IMG/VR virus record: IMGVR_UViG_3300033066_001528
Span: 1-64,000 of that record
Source: a virus
Taxonomy: Duplodnaviria > Caudoviricetes
Direction: 5' to 3' (one strand)
DNA: 64,000 nucleotides
The notes beneath the pieces are model-generated. The model made no database searches and had not been told where the DNA came from. It worked only from the letters and a program-made list of their open reading frames with translations. Both the position numbers and the translations under genes were made by a program. Position 1 is the stretch's first letter. Every line of letters starts with the position of its first letter. Positions 58,271 through 64,000 of the stretch are shown here, one piece after another.

Positions 58271-58361
58271 TACACGGTTTCAGTAACTTGATTGCTGAGT
58301 GACCCCACACCCGGGGCAAAAATGCTACCCACCAGAGGGGTAACCTGGGCAAGGAGCCAGC

Positions 58362-58724
58362 ATGATTGGTGGAGACGATATTGTGATTGCGTTGCGTCCT
58401 GGGTGGGGTGTTGACGTGATGCGGGAATTCCTTGTGGTGATGAAAGAAACTTGGTCCGAAGCAATAGCGGAGGAAATCAATGAATCCATCGCGGTCCCCA
58501 TTGGGGAGTTGACAGAGGACTTTCGCGAAGGTTTCATCTATGAAAACCACGATGCCTTGATTGATTGGGCGAAATCCGGAGCCAGTGTGCAAAATGCAAA
58601 CAGTATGGTTCATGTCATCATGAAACGGCGCAGCATGACTCTAGTCGTGGGGAACAAGTCATCCCCCCTGGGTCAAAAACTGTGTGCGTTCGCCAGGGTG
58701 TGGAGTGGTCCTATACACCCGTGA
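58362..58724 (+). CDS. Hypothetical protein
   Basis: AAGGAG Shine-Dalgarno before ATG. Confidence 0.55.
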   Translation: MIGGDDIVIALRPGWGVDVMREFLVVMKETWSEAIAEEINESIAVPIGELTEDFREGFIYENHDALIDWAKSGASVQNANSMVHVIMKRRSMTLVVGNKSSPLGQKLCAFARVWSGPIHP

Positions 58725-58728
58725 GGGT

Positions 58729-59460
58729 ATGCCTTCCACAGTTACCGAAGCCTACTATCAATCTCTCCTCGAACAATCCATTCAAAACGATTTCCCTCAG
58801 GCCCTGACCCGGCTCCAATGGGGGAAACGAACCATCCTAGATCCCGACTTCCCCATGTCCGTTGACGACCTGTGGCTGTACCTGCGGGACCGGGAAGTGC
58901 CCCTGGAAGACATCCAGGCACTTCAACGGGTGAAGCCACCCAGAGCCCCACGCCCACCCAAAGGAATGTCACTGGTGGATTTTGGTGAGGCCATAGGGAA
59001 ACCTGTAGCCGTAGGGGTGAGTGACGCGGAGCTAGAATTGGTAGCCACACATCTCAAAATCATGGCAAAAGCCATCAACAGTCTGCCCGCCATCAGCCGT
59101 GGCCTATACCACTCGGAAGTGAAAAAAGTGCTTCTGGGTCGTCAAAGGAAAACCGAGGATGCATCATGGGAACCTGGGGGCGTTCTGCGATTGAACATGA
59201 GGCCCGGCACCACACCTGACCTGGGTATCTATCGGTCCAGGGTCATCCATGAACTCGGACACGCCTTGGAAGAGAAACTAGGGTTGGTGGTGACCCCGTG
59301 GGCCACCATTTATGGCAACCCACCTTTCATCTCCGACTATGCCAGAATGAATGCAACAGAGGATTTCGCGGAGACGTTCAGGGCGTGGGAGACGGAGAGA
59401 GGGGTGTTGCGTTCTGTTGCACCTGGGAAGTACGCGGACATGAAAAGTCGCGTGGGCTAG
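58729..59460 (+). CDS. Zincin metallopeptidase (lethal-factor/MPTase-like)
   Basis: IHELGHALE...ISDYARMNATEDFAETF. Confidence 0.75.
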   Translation: MPSTVTEAYYQSLLEQSIQNDFPQALTRLQWGKRTILDPDFPMSVDDLWLYLRDREVPLEDIQALQRVKPPRAPRPPKGMSLVDFGEAIGKPVAVGVSDAELELVATHLKIMAKAINSLPAISRGLYHSEVKKVLLGRQRKTEDASWEPGGVLRLNMRPGTTPDLGIYRSRVIHELGHALEEKLGLVVTPWATIYGNPPFISDYARMNATEDFAETFRAWETERGVLRSVAPGKYADMKSRVG

Positions 59461-59654
59461 AACCTACCGACATGGCACGGGTCGCAGTGTTCCAATGCAG
59501 CCAGAACGAACTCCCCGTGCTGTAGAAGCTCCCCCTCAAACCACAGGCATTTTGCCATGTCACCTGCATACACGGGTCCAACGGTCATCGGAGGCCCACC
59601 TGACTTCAAACGTACCACATCCCCAGACTTGATCTCAGTATTCTCGTCGCTCAT
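59457..59654 (-). CDS. YodC/DUF2158-family small protein
   Basis: GDVVRLKSGGPPMTV...CLWF. Confidence 0.85.
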   Translation of the reverse strand: MSDENTEIKSGDVVRLKSGGPPMTVGPVYAGDMAKCLWFEGELLQHGEFVLAALEHCDPCHVGRF

Positions 59655-59685
59655 GGGAGAACATTACCCCGCGACAGGGAGCGCC

Positions 59686-60357
59686 TCAAGAAAGAAGGCA
59701 GAAAGAGTGCATGTCATGATCCGAGAGGCTGTCATCCACCATCTCATGGGCCTGGAGAGCTCTGGGCTCTTCCATCGGGCAATCGGGATGCTGAAAGTTA
59801 GTCGTTGGGACCGACCTTGGGTTTCCCACGAGTACTTTGGTAACCATCCCAATGCCAGCCATGGGCCTTGTGTAGTGAACCCCATCTTCCTCGGCGTGAA
59901 CTTTCTTCCCTAGAACATTCGCCGCCCTCACGTCGTAACCCCGTGTAAGGAACCAAAACTCTTCCGCTGTTTCCGTGTCCCATCGAAAGGCACTGGACAT
60001 ACCCAAGACTTCCCCAAATAATTCGCTGAGAACATCAAAGACCGCTTGTCGAGCCATCTCCCTAACGGCTGGAAAGTCCCCCCGGTCGAAACTCACGTCG
60101 CCCACATAGGGAACCCAGTCCGGATCCAGACCAACCCCCCCCGCCATCAAAAACTCATAATTTGGGATAGTGTTTTCTAAAATGCTCTCAAATACCTTCC
60201 CGTCCACTTTTTGGGAGTTGTACATCTTCCGATAAGCGGCCTTCATCTCCCGAAGATATTTGAGCATGTGGTCGCGCACAGCCCTGGAGACTTCAGGCTC
60301 TAGGGCGGCATCAACAGATGCCATGTAGGAACGGGCCACGCGCTGAGATGGAGTCAT
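59686..60357 (-). CDS. Hypothetical protein with tag B
   Basis: Likely start MTPSQRVARSYMAS. Confidence 0.6.
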   Translation of the reverse strand: MTPSQRVARSYMASVDAALEPEVSRAVRDHMLKYLREMKAAYRKMYNSQKVDGKVFESILENTIPNYEFLMAGGVGLDPDWVPYVGDVSFDRGDFPAVREMARQAVFDVLSELFGEVLGMSSAFRWDTETAEEFWFLTRGYDVRAANVLGKKVHAEEDGVHYTRPMAGIGMVTKVLVGNPRSVPTTNFQHPDCPMEEPRALQAHEMVDDSLSDHDMHSFCLLS

Positions 60358-60365
60358 GTCACACC

Positions 60366-60387
60366 GGTAAGTTATCAATAACTTACC
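60366..60387. promoter_or_regulatory. Perfect inverted repeat GGTAAGTTAT-ca-ATAACTTACC between divergent tagged genes
   Basis: 10-bp arms in a 42-nt divergent gap. Confidence 0.6.
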
Positions 60388-60399
60388 AGAGAGAGAACC

Positions 60400-61041
60400 A
60401 TGTTCACCCCTACGAAAAATGCCCCGTTCCAACTGGCAACGGACACCATCATGTACAAACCTGGGAAGGGTAGTGGGAATGGTGACATGGATGATATCGC
60501 CAACACCCTCGGACCTAAGTCCAGGAAGGTTCTATTTTCGCGCGGGACCACCGTCACATGGAACGGCGTTCGATCTGGTGGCCTTCTCGTTGTCATCGTG
60601 AAGCTACCCCATGGCGGATCCATCGGGTGGTATGGGGTCAATGAAAAAGACCTAGAACCGCCTGTTCGGTCTCTACGATCGTCCATCATTCGTCTGGCTC
60701 ACGCCAACCCTAAACTCAGGGGCGACCTACTGCCGCTACTCAAAGAGGCCGCAGTGAGAAAAACCATGACCAGGGAACAGATCGAGGGCATGGGAGCCGC
60801 CGTGATCAACAAGGCTTTGGACACCCTCGACAAAGAGCAGAGCAAACTCAACGGCGCCCTCATCGAGGCGGGGTTCGGGCACGTTAGGCTCCAGGAGATC
60901 ATGAGGATGGACCACCCTGTGGCCCAGCAGTATGCCGTGGTGTCGGGTCAGATCGCCCTCCTCCACGAGGAGATCGAGCGCCGCTATGGTCCCGGTGCCC
61001 CCTCCAGACTCCCACGTGGGTTTGGCCCGATCAAGCGCTGA
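60400..61041 (+). CDS. Two-domain protein with internal tag A
   Basis: SLRSSIIRLAHANPKLRGDLLPLLKEAA at 60670-60753. Confidence 0.7.
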   Translation: MFTPTKNAPFQLATDTIMYKPGKGSGNGDMDDIANTLGPKSRKVLFSRGTTVTWNGVRSGGLLVVIVKLPHGGSIGWYGVNEKDLEPPVRSLRSSIIRLAHANPKLRGDLLPLLKEAAVRKTMTREQIEGMGAAVINKALDTLDKEQSKLNGALIEAGFGHVRLQEIMRMDHPVAQQYAVVSGQIALLHEEIERRYGPGAPSRLPRGFGPIKR

Positions 61042-62299
61042 GAAAAGCCCTTAGCCTCTCTCGAACGGCCTCCGGATCTCGTTTGAGTTCTCCCTCCCAC
61101 ACCACCAGACACTGGATGCCAATATCTGCGTAGGCATCAATGAGCTCCTGCTCGTGGTCAAATGGTGCCCTGCCCGTGAACATACGGGAGTGCCAAAAAT
61201 CCCCAAATGCCTCAACTACTTTGGTCACCCCCTTCTTGGGGTTCTCCGGGTCTGGACCTGGGAGAATGAAATCAGGGTTCTTGTGGTGGTTGAGTTTTGG
61301 GAGCCATTTCCAATAGGAAAAATCGCCAGTATATGAAAGGATTGGAGCAAGAGCGTGCAACCGTTGCTCAAACTTGTTGGGTCCATTTTTTGTGCGACCA
61401 AGCTGAAATGGATAGGAAAAATCGGGATGGTTGAGTCTAAAGGTTGTGAGAGCTTTTTTCCAGAAACCATCGATCTGGGAAGGGAACGCCACACCATATC
61501 GCTCCATCAAAACTGCACGAACCTCCCGTTTCCCCTCATCACTGGCAAAATAGTATTCGTTCCCGTACCTAGCTAGAACCGTGTCCAACTGGCGACGCCT
61601 CACACCTGGGTCCTGGTTCGTCCAATCAACACCATATCGGGCAAGGTTGGTCTGGCGAATGCGTTCAACCACTTCAGGGGTGCGAGCGGGTTCCGTGGTG
61701 CCGTACCGGGCAAGATTGGTGTTGTTGACCTTCTCCCGAATAGTTGGGGAGCGCATGAGCTCTCCCCCATACCTATCCGTAGTAGTCTCCCGAGTGCGCT
61801 CTCGGATCTCTGGTACCTGTTGAGGGTTCTCCGCTCCGTACTTGGCAACCATGGACTGACGGACCTTCTCCTGGACTTCCGGGCGGGAGAATGGATTGTC
61901 GCTACCTTTGAGGATTGGACGCTTCCCTTCGAGGGAGTCTTGAACCTTCTGGAAAGTGCTAGCTCCCTTGGCAAACGGGTTCTCCGCCCCATAACGCTGA
62001 AGGTTGGTTGCCTTGCGACGTTCAACAACCTCGGGCGCATGGGTTGGGTCCTCAACCCCATATCGGACCAGTGAAGTGGCAGACCGCTTGGCCAGAGACT
62101 CTGCCTTAGCCGTTTCAGGGTCGCGAGATTGCCACAGGGAGCAATCTCGTTTGTGGCGTTTCATCTGAGTCCCAGAGGTGGAAATGTGACCACAAACACA
62201 CGGATCGGGCGATAGCGCCTTTGGCCACCCAGGACAGATGGCCTTGTGTCTGGAGGTGATGGAAGGGAGGGGTTTCTGGCAGTGTGGGCAGAGGATCAT
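61031..62299 (-). CDS. Putative homing endonuclease with Zn fingers, (T)NLxRYGxxNP repeats and a C-terminal Vsr/PD-(D/E)xK-like domain
   Basis: About 8 RYG/KYG repeats; NPDFIL...VVEAFGDFWH...LVVWE. Confidence 0.75.
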   Translation of the reverse strand: MILCPHCQKPLPSITSRHKAICPGWPKALSPDPCVCGHISTSGTQMKRHKRDCSLWQSRDPETAKAESLAKRSATSLVRYGVEDPTHAPEVVERRKATNLQRYGAENPFAKGASTFQKVQDSLEGKRPILKGSDNPFSRPEVQEKVRQSMVAKYGAENPQQVPEIRERTRETTTDRYGGELMRSPTIREKVNNTNLARYGTTEPARTPEVVERIRQTNLARYGVDWTNQDPGVRRRQLDTVLARYGNEYYFASDEGKREVRAVLMERYGVAFPSQIDGFWKKALTTFRLNHPDFSYPFQLGRTKNGPNKFEQRLHALAPILSYTGDFSYWKWLPKLNHHKNPDFILPGPDPENPKKGVTKVVEAFGDFWHSRMFTGRAPFDHEQELIDAYADIGIQCLVVWEGELKRDPEAVRERLRAFLSA

Positions 62300-62313
62300 A
62301 TCCCCGTTACGCC

Positions 62314-62352
62314 AAAACCGTAGACAGAGGGGGATGTGACCCCTCTGCCTAC
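62314..62352 (-). terminator. Rho-independent terminator
   Basis: Minus strand GTAGGCAGAGGGG-7nt-CCCCTCTGTCTAC-GGTTTT just after the stop at 62360. Confidence 0.65.
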
Positions 62353-62359
62353 AGAGAGG

Positions 62360-63259
62360 TCAAACGAACCCCCTCGGGCTGGTCACACCCCGGCCCACAG
62401 CGGGACCGAAGGCTGAGCGAACACCCATTCCATAGCGGGACTGCTGAAGACCTCTTGTGAACTTCGTGGTAGCCAGCTTGGCCTCACCAGCTTTTTCCAC
62501 TTGACTCTCGGCACTTTGTCTGAGCTGCTCGTACTTGGATGATCGCTCAAGAGATAGAGATATCCCACCAATAGAGTAATCGAACTCATCCACCACCCAA
62601 TTTGCGGACAGTGCGAAAGTAGCATGAACAATGGCCTGCCACAAGACAGCAGTTCTCCATTCGGGTTTCTCAATCACAAGCTGGTCGATTGTTCTCAAAC
62701 CAGACGTGTTGGGTGGAAGCATGTTCCACCAGTTCAGAGCCATCTCCAGGTATTCGGCAAACTCGGCGTCTTCCCATACCTGACCAAACACCCGGTTATA
62801 GGCACCAATATTACCCTCAGCCTCGGGGGGGCGAAAGTGGTAGAATTTATCAGGGCAATTTCCCAGAACCCACCCCGTACCCTGGCATTTGAATCGGTGC
62901 CAATCTTCAACCGTGATATCGTACATGAACTGCCGGTGCGGCAGTTCAACCACGGACAGAACGGGTATGTAGAGAACGGAGTCCCCAGCTACTGTGAGAA
63001 TCATGTCCCCCGGTTTGAGGCTCTCAGCTTGTACCTTGTCACCTTGACCCAACCCAAAGTATACGGGGTGACCACCTGTGAGGACAACCGCCCCAACCGA
63101 GCTGGTTACGGAAAGAATTGTCTCCCATGGGACTTCGTTCCTGAAGGTCTTCAGAATTCGCTTCCACACCACATCCCCCGTGGGGGAGACAGACTGAACG
63201 GTCAAATTCCCTTTAAGGTAGGTGTTTCGGATTTTCTCTCGTTGTTCGCTAGTTAGCAT
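62360..63259 (-). CDS. C-terminal half of a split gene: C-intein fused to the C-extein of a virion neck/adaptor-like protein
   Basis: ATG 63259 (AAGGA upstream) overlaps the upstream stop; intein motifs are followed by CPDKFYHFRPP...DEFDYSIGGISLSLERSSKY. Confidence 0.75.
   Translation of the reverse strand: MLTSEQREKIRNTYLKGNLTVQSVSPTGDVVWKRILKTFRNEVPWETILSVTSSVGAVVLTGGHPVYFGLGQGDKVQAESLKPGDMILTVAGDSVLYIPVLSVVELPHRQFMYDITVEDWHRFKCQGTGWVLGNCPDKFYHFRPPEAEGNIGAYNRVFGQVWEDAEFAEYLEMALNWWNMLPPNTSGLRTIDQLVIEKPEWRTAVLWQAIVHATFALSANWVVDEFDYSIGGISLSLERSSKYEQLRQSAESQVEKAGEAKLATTKFTRGLQQSRYGMGVRSAFGPAVGRGVTSPRGFV
62858..63259 (-). mobile_element. Intein C-fragment (134 aa) lacking block A
   Basis: Block B LTGGHPVY, block F MYDITVEDWHRF, block G VLGN followed by Cys+1. 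Confidence 0.8.
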
Positions 63260-63990
63260 TCCAGATCCTTTTCGGTCCACACTTCAAAGGACCATCCCTG
63301 AGAGGCAGAATAGTCTCTAGCTACACGGAGGCGGTTTTGTTCCTTGCTGTCCCCCGGCAACCCCAACACCCACGCGGATTTGACTTCCACCAGGGTCACT
63401 ATCCCACCCTCTCTCAAAGCGATGAAATCGGGAAGCATCCATTTACCGTTGGGTAGGCAAATACGGCGTTCGTACTCATAGAGCAAAACGGTCGCGTCCG
63501 CCTCCAGTTTGGCAACTGCTTTCACCTCGTAGCTACTACGAACAAAAACGCGGCCCGTTGTGCCTTTGGGGGTGTCAACCCATTGAGATTTTCCGCGGGC
63601 GTACTTTTCAGGATTGGCCCTCATTCGGAGCGTTTGCGACTCCGATCGCTTTTGTCTTTGCTCAGTGGATCGGTGGAAAGAAAGGAGTCTGTCCCGAACT
63701 GCAGTGTCAGACCAGAGGTTCTTCGAATGTACACCAGCCCGCTGTCTGTGATCCTCCGTCCAGGACTCACGAAGGTGTTGTTTCTGGGCATCCGTCAATT
63801 TCCGGCCTTTGAAGAAATCAAACACACCGGACTCCCACTGGCGTTCAAGTTGACCCGGACGTTTTTTGCCTTTCCAGGAGGTGCCGACATTCTTTCCGAC
63901 ACGCCTCACGGTAAACCTGGATGCTGGGTTCCACATGGCGTCTGTAAGCCTTTGGATGCCCCCCTGGCTCAAACCCGTGATCGCAAGCAT
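63253..63990 (-). CDS. TnsA-like PD-(D/E)xK endonuclease with NUMOD3-like basic repeats (may extend beyond the window)
   Basis: RSSYE...YEYE...PDFI...LVEVK...FEVWTEKDL; frame is open to the window edge. Confidence 0.78.
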   Translation of the reverse strand: MLAITGLSQGGIQRLTDAMWNPASRFTVRRVGKNVGTSWKGKKRPGQLERQWESGVFDFFKGRKLTDAQKQHLRESWTEDHRQRAGVHSKNLWSDTAVRDRLLSFHRSTEQRQKRSESQTLRMRANPEKYARGKSQWVDTPKGTTGRVFVRSSYEVKAVAKLEADATVLLYEYERRICLPNGKWMLPDFIALREGGIVTLVEVKSAWVLGLPGDSKEQNRLRVARDYSASQGWSFEVWTEKDLEC

Positions 63991-64000
63991 GTCGGCCCAG

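Noticed and set aside
1-64000. CRISPR array, tRNA or rRNA genes, diversity-generating retroelement
   Set aside because: No regularly spaced direct repeats, cloverleaf, reverse transcriptase or template/variable repeat pair was seen by eye. A tRNA or covariance-model scan was not run.
1-64000. Stop-codon reassignment
   Set aside because: Long genes are intact in the standard code, and TAA, TAG and TGA all end genes at tight junctions.

Overview
The window looks like part of a large myovirus-type (jumbo-like) phage genome read in the standard genetic code, with most genes on the minus strand. 1-33 kb is virion morphogenesis: baseplate proteins, a hub with a GH73 muramidase domain, tape measure, chaperones, tube, a 1.6-kaa sheath, neck proteins and an actin-like ATPase. 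34-50 kb is a nucleotide/signalling region with three vWA proteins, a pseudokinase, a kinase-NMNAT fusion, a divergent adenylosuccinate-synthetase homolog, a TrpF-like barrel and a metallophosphoesterase. 50-61 kb is an array of effector-like genes (HExxH peptidases, an ADP-ribosyltransferase, GNAT-HAD, a 2OG-Fe(II)-like protein). The right end holds two endonuclease genes and the C-terminal half of an atypically split intein. The strongest unexplained pattern is that about 15 unrelated proteins carry one of two short portable peptide tags (LRSKxIRLAHxNPxLRxxLLPxL and RVAxR[YF]). Many tagged genes, and the tail tube gene, sit behind a palindromic GRTAR-N7-YTAYC DNA motif, and two genes with this motif have their start codon locked in a perfect hairpin. 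This suggests a capsid-targeting and injected-effector system. All functional calls come from reading motifs by eye; no database search was run.
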